From positions 1 to 39,500 of the IMG/VR virus record IMGVR_UViG_3300042526_000394: a stretch of 39,500 nt of DNA; one strand, given 5' to 3'. Position 1 is the first letter of the stretch. The number at the start of each line of letters is the position of its first letter. Shown here in pieces: positions 17,144 through 26,502 of this stretch. The position numbers were made by a program, and so were the translations under genes. The notes under the pieces were generated by a model. That model ran no database searches. It was given only the letters and a program-made list of their open reading frames with translations, and had not been told where the DNA came from. Origin of the DNA: a virus. Lineage: Duplodnaviria; Caudoviricetes.

Positions 17144-17806
17144 ATGCCAGCTAAAATCCATGTAACAGGGCCAGCACATGTTTTCGTAGGGCACAAATCT
17201 GATTTACCTGCTAGCGGTATTTATTTGGGAACATGTGAGAAATCCCCAGATTTTGAAACTGAATTTAAATGGGGAGACATCAACAACGACATTGCAGGTT
17301 CAGCACCTATAGATCTTGTGTTTAAAGGTATGATGAGCAAACTGCAATTCCTCATGACCCGCTTCAATGACGCAAATGTGCAAAACTTTGTTGGGAATGT
17401 TAACTCCAGGGCTAAACGGCACGGAATCACACACCAGCCCGGTATTACTGATGGTGGTCAGATAGGTTCACTATCTGAATATACCCATGCGTCTGTAGTC
17501 AACGCTGGATATTGGATGGCTATTAAATTTGAATTTGCTGCATTAACCGCAGTAGATAGCTTTTTACCTAAAGGATACTTTTTCCCATCGGTTAGCCCAT
17601 CACAATTTGGGTACGAGGAAGGTGCACTAGGCACAAATGGTAAAAAGCTTCAACTAGGTGTAGAAGCACACGCAGCAGTAGTTAAACCTGGGGTGTACGC
17701 AGCTAACGGCGTAAATTCAGGTATGACAGCAGGTGATTACACTTTGCGTTTGTATTCAACAGACACAAGCATTTTTGATTTTGCTGCACTCCCTAACATC
17801 GACTAA
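17144..17806 (+). CDS. Putative tail tube protein, paralogue 2
   Basis: TGPAHVFVG...YLGTCEKSP...NDIAG..PI, clearly homologous to the preceding gene. Confidence 0.6.
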   Translation: MPAKIHVTGPAHVFVGHKSDLPASGIYLGTCEKSPDFETEFKWGDINNDIAGSAPIDLVFKGMMSKLQFLMTRFNDANVQNFVGNVNSRAKRHGITHQPGITDGGQIGSLSEYTHASVVNAGYWMAIKFEFAALTAVDSFLPKGYFFPSVSPSQFGYEEGALGTNGKKLQLGVEAHAAVVKPGVYAANGVNSGMTAGDYTLRLYSTDTSIFDFAALPNID

Positions 17807-17816
17807 GGGGTAGGTT

Positions 17817-19268
17817 ATGCCAGAAAAACCTAACATGATCCCAATAGATCACGATAAGCCTAGGGAGAAATTCCTAGGCTTAACTCTTCCTAGAGATCCC
17901 GCAGAAATTATAAAGAAGAATAATGAAGCTGCTAGGAGTGACCCTAGAGGGCATCAAAAAACCCAAGGCACATTTATAGCGGATGTAGAGTACTCTAAAG
18001 ACGCTATATCAGAGCGTGCAATGCCTAGCTACTTACTTAAGCAAATGACAAATTTAGGGGGTTTTAGCACTAACCCAGAAGTAAGGGATAAAGCTAACGC
18101 CACAATAAGAATGCAACAAGAAAAAGATTCTGCTGTTATGGCTGGATCTAATTGGAGTAAGGAAGATCTAAAAAACCTAAAATCTGAGAGATTACAAGAC
18201 CTAAAAAAAGTAGATGAAAAAAACAATTTAATAGGCACAGGTGAAAACGACACAAGGGAACAGAAAATATTCTTTAACGCAGTAAAGAATCAATCAAACA
18301 GAACTAGCAGCATATCGCAAGACACAGACAGGCAGGGAAAGAAGCCAGAGGAAGTACTTCCAACAACTAGCTTTAATAGTTTTCCTTTAAATCTAATAAC
18401 AGGTATTCCTACTGCTAGGTTTGCAAATTCTGTAAAACCTGAAACAACACTAAAGGGTTTTAGTAAATCAGCAGAAGATATTTTTAATTCTTTATCAAAA
18501 CCTAAGAATCAAAACTCATTAATGCCTGCACCAAGTGTAGATACAGAAGAAAAAACACCTAGCCCTGCTCCTACACCAACCCAAAATAATACAAGTTCAA
18601 TAGCAGATATACCTGCTCCTCCTGCAATTGGGCAAGAAAATATAAAAGAGCAAACAAAACTAACTCAAGTTAAACCACAAATAATTACACCTACGCAAAT
18701 GGGAAAAGCTTTCTCAATGCTTCCAAGTGTAGCTCGTGGAACGGCAGCAGCAGGACTAGGTATATTTGCCTTAACACAAGCACTTAGAGGCCCTGTTACT
18801 AAACCACCACCAGTAGTTCCAAAGCCTGTACCTAATCCTGTGCCTGTGCCACCAACACCAAATCCTGTGCCACCGGATCCAACTAAACCAGATCCAACTA
18901 AAGTAGATCCAAACGAAAACCCAGAAGACGAAATAAGACGCAGAAAAAAAGAAGAGGAAGATAAAAAGAGACAAGACCCTAAACCTGTTGACCCTAAACC
19001 TGCTGATCCTAAACCAGAAGAAGAAACACGCACAGATGACGAACCTATAAAAGAGCCTAAACCAGAAGACAAAAAGGAACCTCCTAAAAAAGAAGAACCT
19101 CCTAAAAAAGACAAACCTCCTGAACCTTGGCAAGTGCCATTTATGCTACCAACGCAATCAAGCGTACAGTCATTCCCTAGCTTGATCACAGGTATTCCAA
19201 CACACAGCGCACCATCATTTGAAAAAACACAACTAGAGATAAATTACTATTCCGAATTGGGGTTCTAA
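17817..19268 (+). CDS. Pro/Lys/Asp-rich protein with one hydrophobic segment, in the tape-measure position
   Basis: 483 aa; GTAAAGLGIFALTQAL followed by PVP/DPK/EPPK repeats. Confidence 0.7.
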   Translation: MPEKPNMIPIDHDKPREKFLGLTLPRDPAEIIKKNNEAARSDPRGHQKTQGTFIADVEYSKDAISERAMPSYLLKQMTNLGGFSTNPEVRDKANATIRMQQEKDSAVMAGSNWSKEDLKNLKSERLQDLKKVDEKNNLIGTGENDTREQKIFFNAVKNQSNRTSSISQDTDRQGKKPEEVLPTTSFNSFPLNLITGIPTARFANSVKPETTLKGFSKSAEDIFNSLSKPKNQNSLMPAPSVDTEEKTPSPAPTPTQNNTSSIADIPAPPAIGQENIKEQTKLTQVKPQIITPTQMGKAFSMLPSVARGTAAAGLGIFALTQALRGPVTKPPPVVPKPVPNPVPVPPTPNPVPPDPTKPDPTKVDPNENPEDEIRRRKKEEEDKKRQDPKPVDPKPADPKPEEETRTDDEPIKEPKPEDKKEPPKKEEPPKKDKPPEPWQVPFMLPTQSSVQSFPSLITGIPTHSAPSFEKTQLEINYYSELGF

Positions 19269-19799
19269 ATGGCACAAGTAAAATCCCCAATAGTTGACAT
19301 TCTAAAAGCTATAAAAACAGCTATTAAGACAAGCTTAGGAATCACCAATGACACAACAGTTAAAATTGTGGCTAGGGATGATCTACCTATTTACGCAGGG
19401 GATTTCGATGTACTTATAAAGGCTAACCTGCCCTACCCTATTGAAGAATTTGTTTCTGGGGCAGGTAGAACAGCTAGCGTGGTTCTTAGAACTATCACAA
19501 TAGTAATACGAACTAGGTTAGCAGTTGATAGAAGTGATACGGATGAGCGCGCTTTGATGGATCCTATTTACGGTCACCTAAGGCGTGAAGAACAGATATT
19601 AAATTGTTTGCACTTAAAATTCCTATTCAACACTAACGGTGACATGATTAGTGCGGAACCTGTGCGCCTAAGCGAACCTAATTCTGCTTGGGGGGAATTA
19701 GCACATTACAACAAAGAAGATTCAGACAAGTCATCACAGAGGCAGGTATCCAGGTCGTTTTTAAACTTTGAAGTTAAATACATAATGGATGTTGCATAA
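19269..19799 (+). CDS. Putative tail completion/terminator protein
   Basis: 176 aa; N-terminal amphipathic helix (ILKAIKTAIKTSL) and C-terminal beta strand (FLNFEVKY), as in neck/terminator proteins; assignment largely positional. Confidence 0.5.
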   Translation: MAQVKSPIVDILKAIKTAIKTSLGITNDTTVKIVARDDLPIYAGDFDVLIKANLPYPIEEFVSGAGRTASVVLRTITIVIRTRLAVDRSDTDERALMDPIYGHLRREEQILNCLHLKFLFNTNGDMISAEPVRLSEPNSAWGELAHYNKEDSDKSSQRQVSRSFLNFEVKYIMDVA

Positions 19800-21382
19800 T
19801 GGGAATATCCGCAAATTACTTAGAATATGGCCCAATTAAAATTAACTTAGTGCATGTAAAGGATTACAAGCGCGAGCCTATGTACGCCGACAAAGAGCAA
19901 ACACATTACCTCTACACCCGACACACATTAAATGTAGAAGGTGTTGTATCTCAAGATAATGAAGTTAATTTTAAAACATTTGAAGTTGCGGATGATGCTA
20001 TTGAAGTAGATGTGATCATTAAACACTTCCTAACACAACCTAGACAAAAACTTAAATATGTGGTTGGCGGCACAGTGCTTTTAGAAAGCCCTGAGGAAGG
20101 TCAAATAATAGATTGCACTAACGGACCAAAACCTAAAGGTTTTTCAATCAACAAGATAAACGGTGTAAATAGCACCCAAGTAACATTTACAATACAAACG
20201 GATGTAAATGACGCACATATTTTCGGCGCGCCTAAGTATGCTATTTTAAGCAATAGTTACACAATGGAACACATTATTGATCAAGACTTCTACACATCAA
20301 GAAAAGTGTCAGGGATGATACACTTCAGAACTGATGTGATGATAGATGAAAACCTATCACCTGACGATTTTAGAGAGCTAATAAATATACCCACACCAAT
20401 CACAATGAAAAGGGATTTAGTCAAGTGCAGGCTACACCCAGGTTCAATGAAGATGGAGTATTCATTCATTGACAGAGAGACACATTTCCACTTAGATAAT
20501 CGTCTTAATAAAGCAGTAGACAGTTACACAACCTTTCCTAAACCCAACATGAAAAACATAACACGCTTGGAAATAACCCAAGGCGTGACATGTATGCAAC
20601 CTACCACATACTCAGCAGCACAAGACGCATATAAAGCTGCTAGCGCGACTATGAACGAATCTGGTAAAGGTATGCAGAGGTGGAGAACCTTGTCTAATGT
20701 TGGTGCCGCTATTGGTGCTGCTTTACCTGTCACTGAAGAGAATTTAACCATTCAGGTTTATGGTAACAACTTGTCTGATAAATCTGATTTAGAATACCTT
20801 ATTTATTACATAGTTCAAAAAAAGCTTCCCTACCAACAGTCAGCAGGGAAATACAATTTTAAACTTGAAATTGATGCTATGGGCAGTTACGCGCGTATTC
20901 AAGTAAACCGCACAAGTAGCCCATTAAATGTTACTGGCGAGGGGCTTGCAAGTTTATTAGGAAACGATCTAACCAAGTGGTTATTTGGGCCACAAAAAAA
21001 CGCCGACTTACACAACAGATTTTTAGATGCTTCAGTAATTCTAACTGGGGATAAATTTGATTTAAATCGACTTCACAACAAGAGCTTTTTCGCAGATCTC
21101 CAAAAAGATAAAAAAACTTACGGAGAAAGTATGGATGGTGTTTTCATCAAGACTTATGTAAAGGGGCAGCTAAATCCCGATCTTATAGATTTATCACCTA
21201 TATCTGCTAGATCAGGTAGCGATCAGATGCGCGGATCTTTCATGGAGCAGATATTTGTTGAAGGCGTACGCTCTAACCCTTCAGAATACCCAATTGATCC
21301 TCATCAGAATACACATGAGGAATATAACAATGATCGTAAAGATAATAGCCCTGAACAACACCTAGGGGATAAAAACAAATGA
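19799..21382 (+). CDS. Virion structural protein (tail/baseplate region), function unknown
   Basis: 527-aa ORF, translationally coupled (TAATG). Confidence 0.6.
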   Translation: MGISANYLEYGPIKINLVHVKDYKREPMYADKEQTHYLYTRHTLNVEGVVSQDNEVNFKTFEVADDAIEVDVIIKHFLTQPRQKLKYVVGGTVLLESPEEGQIIDCTNGPKPKGFSINKINGVNSTQVTFTIQTDVNDAHIFGAPKYAILSNSYTMEHIIDQDFYTSRKVSGMIHFRTDVMIDENLSPDDFRELINIPTPITMKRDLVKCRLHPGSMKMEYSFIDRETHFHLDNRLNKAVDSYTTFPKPNMKNITRLEITQGVTCMQPTTYSAAQDAYKAASATMNESGKGMQRWRTLSNVGAAIGAALPVTEENLTIQVYGNNLSDKSDLEYLIYYIVQKKLPYQQSAGKYNFKLEIDAMGSYARIQVNRTSSPLNVTGEGLASLLGNDLTKWLFGPQKNADLHNRFLDASVILTGDKFDLNRLHNKSFFADLQKDKKTYGESMDGVFIKTYVKGQLNPDLIDLSPISARSGSDQMRGSFMEQIFVEGVRSNPSEYPIDPHQNTHEEYNNDRKDNSPEQHLGDKNK

Positions 21383-21933
21383 GCTATTACAACAGAATAA
21401 AACAGGAGAATGGTGGAGCAATAAGGGTAGAAGGTTCTCTATACCCTAGAAAAAGTATTCGGTATTACAGAGAAGATAAAAACCCTAACAAGGGCAAGCC
21501 TAAACTTCCGGTGCGTGAGGAAGAATTAAAAGATGTGTTCATCGATGTAGTAGTAGCTAAACCTCAACTTTCTAAACGAGCTAAACTAAGCGCTGAAGAT
21601 AAAGTAAAGTTCGATAAAATCCTAAATTCTCAAGTAAGTAATTTTATTTTTAAAAACTTCCCCTGGGATAAAACTAAAAAACCTAGAGAGTATTGGATTG
21701 AACAGGATGTTTGGGAAGATGATGTAATGCTAACTGGGTTTGAATCTTTCAACAGTTGGTACAAGGTTTACAAACCTTCAGATGCTAATCGCTCTTCTGC
21801 TAAAGGTGGCACAGGGTTCTGGATGCTAGCAATTAACAAGCTGATGAGTGGCGGTTACCATGACCAACAATTCATGCCCGGACTCCATCTAACCGAACTT
21901 TTAAGAAAAATAGAGGAGCAGTACGATGAGTAA
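21379..21933 (+). CDS. Hypothetical protein in the tail module
   Basis: 184-aa ORF, ATGA overlap with the previous gene. Confidence 0.6.
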   Translation: MSYYNRIKQENGGAIRVEGSLYPRKSIRYYREDKNPNKGKPKLPVREEELKDVFIDVVVAKPQLSKRAKLSAEDKVKFDKILNSQVSNFIFKNFPWDKTKKPREYWIEQDVWEDDVMLTGFESFNSWYKVYKPSDANRSSAKGGTGFWMLAINKLMSGGYHDQQFMPGLHLTELLRKIEEQYDE

Positions 21934-22462
21934 CCCTAACTCTAGAAAAGTGTTAATATCTCTAGCGCACGCCAGATTCCCATACACTATGGCTAGCATT
22001 TCTGTGTCGTATTTAACGGAAAACGACATACTTAAAACTAGAGTTCTTGGGTTGCAATCATCCTCAAAAATATTTGAACTTGGGTCAACTGCTACAGAGA
22101 CAGTTGTGTTCTCATTTGTGCGGTCAAACAAACCCCCTGACATACCGTCTTTCCTAAGCCAATACACATCTTTAAACAAAAGAACACTTATAAGCCACAC
22201 TGTTCGCATGGAGGCTCCAGAAGTCAATCATACTACAGGAACTACGGAATATTCCTGTAGCGGTTCCGCAGTGTACATGTTAGAATATTCGGATATTTAT
22301 AGTCTTAAGTCGAAGAGGTTTTTCTACCCTAGAAGCCCTATTGATGGAAACGATATCTTTGCTCATACATCTTCACTAAACGGCGAAAACACAGAAGATT
22401 GGACATCCTTTGTTTACGACTGGATGGGTGGAATGGAATACAGCACAACCCCTACAAACTAA
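21926..22462 (+). CDS. Hypothetical protein in the tail module
   Basis: 178-aa ORF, GAGGAG RBS, overlaps the previous gene. Confidence 0.6.
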   Translation: MSNPNSRKVLISLAHARFPYTMASISVSYLTENDILKTRVLGLQSSSKIFELGSTATETVVFSFVRSNKPPDIPSFLSQYTSLNKRTLISHTVRMEAPEVNHTTGTTEYSCSGSAVYMLEYSDIYSLKSKRFFYPRSPIDGNDIFAHTSSLNGENTEDWTSFVYDWMGGMEYSTTPTN

Positions 22463-22473
22463 CAGGATAAAAC

Positions 22474-23835
22474 ATGATAGATTACACAGGAACCTACGGT
22501 TTATTTACTAAACTAGGGCTTATTGGTGGGTTTATATCCGATATAAACACATTTCAAAAATCCTTAGTTAATGTAAAATCTCCAACATTAACTAATAAGT
22601 TTACATCCAACGGTAAGACTAAAATAGTACTTGATTACATACCTGCTATTGATAGCCAAATTAGTTCTGTAAGCAATCTAGTTCCTGATGTTTTTGTAAA
22701 TGTGGCGGAAGGTGTTTTAATAGATTCTGTAACAGCAAACGACCCTCTAATACCAGCCACCGTAGATGATTGCCTGTTAGAACTAGTATCTCAAATGAAG
22801 GCGGATAACATCACCGTTCAAAAGATGTTAAACACTGTAACTGTATCAGACCCTAGCGGACTAAATTTAATTAGTGTTGCCGTTGTAAATTCGGATGGTG
22901 GTTCTAACCAACACACCCTGGCAGAAAATATAAGACTAGAAGTAACTTCTGATTCATTCACAGGTGGCACTGGTGCAGGTAACGAAACACTAACGGTTAG
23001 AGCAAAAGACATTGCCACCGGGGTGTTTAACTACGACTACCCATCTGGATCAGGTGCAGATATTACAGTTGAGCGCGTAAACATGAACGCCAGTGCCTCT
23101 GAAGGAAACTCTATCACCAACGGTAATTTTAATCTTACAGACGCAGCAACACCTACTATACCTGCTAATTGGGATGCTGTAACATCCTATGGTGTAGCCG
23201 GAACAAACTGGCTCGTATCTTCAAACGGCCTAAAAATCCAAAACTTAGCAAGTGTTCGACTAAAGCAAAATGTGTCATCGTATGTAAGTGCTAAGAAGGT
23301 TTATCATGTGTATTTTAGGTTTAAATTAAATTCGGCCGCTGTCTTGTCTAGTGGTTCAATCACAGTAGATTTAGTGGATTCTGCTGACAACACTATGGTG
23401 GACAATTCTAACGCATACCTAGCCAAGAGCGTTTTATTTAGTTCAATAAACGCAGCAAACTTAGGCGTTTATCAAAATGTTAGTGCCACCTTTGTGGTTG
23501 GGTCTAAAACACCAACTACGGTGTTTTTAAGAATCATGTGCAATGGTACAAATCAAACCGGGGTTACAGTTGAGCTTAACAGGCTTGTTCTAACTGAGAT
23601 GAACGAACTGTACACAGGTGGTCCATACATCTCCCTTCTAGGTTTAGATTCAGAGCCTATGTACACCGGACAGCGTGTCAACATTTCCATCACAAAAACT
23701 TTAGACGGTGGTTCTGGAACATACACCAACAACACTTTTCAAGTTTTGTTTAACAGGCTTTTTTCTACTGCGGAAAAAGGCATTACATTACCTTTTAGCA
23801 CCGTACCAAGTGTATTGGACTCATTAATACAATAA
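22474..23835 (+). CDS. Virion structural protein with a probable carbohydrate-binding beta-sandwich
   Basis: NSITNGNFN...PANW...LKQNV pattern typical of CBM4/9-like domains; S/T/N-rich. Confidence 0.6.
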   Translation: MIDYTGTYGLFTKLGLIGGFISDINTFQKSLVNVKSPTLTNKFTSNGKTKIVLDYIPAIDSQISSVSNLVPDVFVNVAEGVLIDSVTANDPLIPATVDDCLLELVSQMKADNITVQKMLNTVTVSDPSGLNLISVAVVNSDGGSNQHTLAENIRLEVTSDSFTGGTGAGNETLTVRAKDIATGVFNYDYPSGSGADITVERVNMNASASEGNSITNGNFNLTDAATPTIPANWDAVTSYGVAGTNWLVSSNGLKIQNLASVRLKQNVSSYVSAKKVYHVYFRFKLNSAAVLSSGSITVDLVDSADNTMVDNSNAYLAKSVLFSSINAANLGVYQNVSATFVVGSKTPTTVFLRIMCNGTNQTGVTVELNRLVLTEMNELYTGGPYISLLGLDSEPMYTGQRVNISITKTLDGGSGTYTNNTFQVLFNRLFSTAEKGITLPFSTVPSVLDSLIQ

Positions 23836-26501
23836 TGCAAGCATACTACGATGGAACGCCACTGTTGCACCCCAGCGAAGATGTACTTCAATATGCAAGT
23901 ACAGACGGTATGCTATTGATTGAAGACTACCTTCAAGGAATTTATAATACAAATGTAGATTCCACAGATATCTACTCCCCTACCCAACAAAACATTTACA
24001 GCAAATTACAATTAGGGCAGTTGTACTGGCCTACTGGAGCTAAAAGATTTGGCTGTGGGTTATTCTTAGTCAGTTCAGACTTTTTAGAAAAATTACCAAA
24101 GTTTGATTTATCAGGTAGTGCGGATTCAGAAGACACATTAGGTGGTTTACGCTCCACCGTAAACCACCTGCATAGGTACACATCAAAAAATTTAGATCTT
24201 TCAGAAGGCTACAAACCACTACAAGCTAAAATGTGGATGTTGCCCCCTAGGCCACTATTTCAACAGCGTAGGGTTCCTACAGGATTAGCAGAAAACACCG
24301 CACGAATTCCTTACCCGCACCTTAATGGTATTTGGGTACTTCCATTAGTGGATGATAGGTATTTTTGGTGGAACTTTACCACAGGCGATTTTAAACTTCC
24401 TACATGCACTAGTTGGGAAAACCTATTCAAAGCTATTTTTAAAAACTTAGGGTACACAGATTCACAAATTATAATAGACCCTATCTCAGTAGATTACTTG
24501 TTTCCGCACTCTATATTTAGAACAGCTTCGCAATTGACTAAGGTTCCTCTTCTCCTAGATACAATTGCACATTCGTGCGGCACTAGGATTATTTTAAACT
24601 ACGATGGTAGTGTTCGTGTGATGAACGCACAGAAAAGTTTTGAAGAGGACAGCACAAGATACTCTACATCAAACACGCAGAGGTCTGGTGGTTTTGGAAG
24701 CTTGATATCTACTGCAAAAGATTCAATGGCTTCTAATTACTCAACTAATTCTGACATTACAAAAAGTGAAACAGAGTTTAAAAAACTAAAAAGTATCATG
24801 CGCGATACTGCGGGTGTAATACCCAGGGCAATTAGCTTTTTAATGTCTGGGTCAGTGTACGCCACAGTTACAACAGAAGGTGGCGGAGAGACAGGTAATG
24901 TTGTTAACGCCGAAGGTGATGACAACACTAATTCTGCTTTTATGTCAGGTGGTCAGGTTTACTATTATACCTCTACAGATGCATCTCCGTTACCACCAAG
25001 CACATTTACGCGCAACATTGGCGGTACAACTACAGAAGTTGTTACACCTATTTCAGGAGATTACGCTTACGACCTAAATAAGAAACTACTATACCCATTC
25101 ACTACAACTTGGGGCGAACCATCATCAGGGAAATCACTACCTTCTAAATATTTTAAAATTAATGCATCTAGCTATAAATTAAAGGTAAAAAGCTGTCCAG
25201 AATACGCGCAAAAGCCTAGCAACAAGACAGATAAAGAATTTAGCCAAACCCAGCTAAACAACTTTATTGAGGTGTATAAGAACGACTGGCTTCTGTATCA
25301 GATGAGCGATGTTAATCTAATTTTAAACGGTATAGAAAAGATAGATCCTACCGGAATGTTTGACTATGTTCTGTACGACATCGGCAATATAGTAACTAAA
25401 GTTGCAAGAGCACCCTACAACGACCCAGTACAAGATATTTACATTGAGTCGTACCTAGGTGATGAATCAGGGTGTGATGCTGATGCCTACCCATGCGGTC
25501 AATGCAAGGGTATGCAGGGCGGTAGTCTCACTAGCCAGCTATACGGTTTTGGTAACTCTAGTATGTTTTTACCCTACAGCCCGGTGCAGGTAAAAAACTC
25601 TACACTTCCAATTAATGCCGATCCAGCTAACTACCCGAACTACCACAAGCCACCATATGTAGTTAAATTTTGCTTAGGATCTGCTGTTGGTAATGTTGCC
25701 CTGGATTATCATTTCCAAACACAGGCAATGGTATCGGTGTATTGGAATGGTAGCAAGGTAACATCACGCCAAATTAACGGTGCAAAATCTTTTACCTGCC
25801 AAGGATGTGCACAATGTTGGGGAAGACTCACATTTGCAAAAACTGCAAAAACCCCTGCGTACGCAACCGTAGTAATTGAAAAAGTAAACGACTACGACAC
25901 AGATTTACAGCTATTACAAAACCAAAATTGGTACATGAATATGAGGTGTGTAGATTCACAGCCATACCCTGCACCCAGGGCGGTTGCGTGCGATCAGAAG
26001 CTGGATGAGGTTGGTGGAATATTTACCTTAGGTATGTTTACTAGTATTCCAATTAACATACCATCGAGCAGCAATGGTTTAGTACCAAACACCTCAGTAT
26101 GTGTAGCGGACGCAGCAGAATCAGACTTTCAGTGCGGTGGGGTAAATTGCACTATACCTGCAAACCTTATAATGTCTTTTGAATCACCTCCTGACTCTTG
26201 CAAGTGGTTAAAAGACATCACAATACCATTACAGCAATCTGTTTTTGATGGTGGTTGGGCTGGAATAAATGATCAGTTTGGCCCTTTAAAAGACATAATC
26301 CAAGCCAAGCTAAGGTTAGTAGGTAACAACGGATTTGACCTTACATTTAAAGATATAGTCAATGTATCTAAGCCCCAAGTACAACTGACTTCTGGAACTA
26401 CCTGTATTTGCACACCTTTTAAATTACAGTTTATGGCAGGTAATTTAACTTCATTCTCTTGCGTAGGCTCAACCACAAAAATAATTATTCAAGAGGCATA
26501 A
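23835..26501 (+). CDS. Large tail tip/baseplate protein with a Cys-rich C-terminal third
   Basis: 888 aa, directly upstream of the fibre genes; multiple CxxC/CxC motifs. Confidence 0.6.
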   Translation: MQAYYDGTPLLHPSEDVLQYASTDGMLLIEDYLQGIYNTNVDSTDIYSPTQQNIYSKLQLGQLYWPTGAKRFGCGLFLVSSDFLEKLPKFDLSGSADSEDTLGGLRSTVNHLHRYTSKNLDLSEGYKPLQAKMWMLPPRPLFQQRRVPTGLAENTARIPYPHLNGIWVLPLVDDRYFWWNFTTGDFKLPTCTSWENLFKAIFKNLGYTDSQIIIDPISVDYLFPHSIFRTASQLTKVPLLLDTIAHSCGTRIILNYDGSVRVMNAQKSFEEDSTRYSTSNTQRSGGFGSLISTAKDSMASNYSTNSDITKSETEFKKLKSIMRDTAGVIPRAISFLMSGSVYATVTTEGGGETGNVVNAEGDDNTNSAFMSGGQVYYYTSTDASPLPPSTFTRNIGGTTTEVVTPISGDYAYDLNKKLLYPFTTTWGEPSSGKSLPSKYFKINASSYKLKVKSCPEYAQKPSNKTDKEFSQTQLNNFIEVYKNDWLLYQMSDVNLILNGIEKIDPTGMFDYVLYDIGNIVTKVARAPYNDPVQDIYIESYLGDESGCDADAYPCGQCKGMQGGSLTSQLYGFGNSSMFLPYSPVQVKNSTLPINADPANYPNYHKPPYVVKFCLGSAVGNVALDYHFQTQAMVSVYWNGSKVTSRQINGAKSFTCQGCAQCWGRLTFAKTAKTPAYATVVIEKVNDYDTDLQLLQNQNWYMNMRCVDSQPYPAPRAVACDQKLDEVGGIFTLGMFTSIPINIPSSSNGLVPNTSVCVADAAESDFQCGGVNCTIPANLIMSFESPPDSCKWLKDITIPLQQSVFDGGWAGINDQFGPLKDIIQAKLRLVGNNGFDLTFKDIVNVSKPQVQLTSGTTCICTPFKLQFMAGNLTSFSCVGSTTKIIIQEA

Positions 26502-26502
26502 C

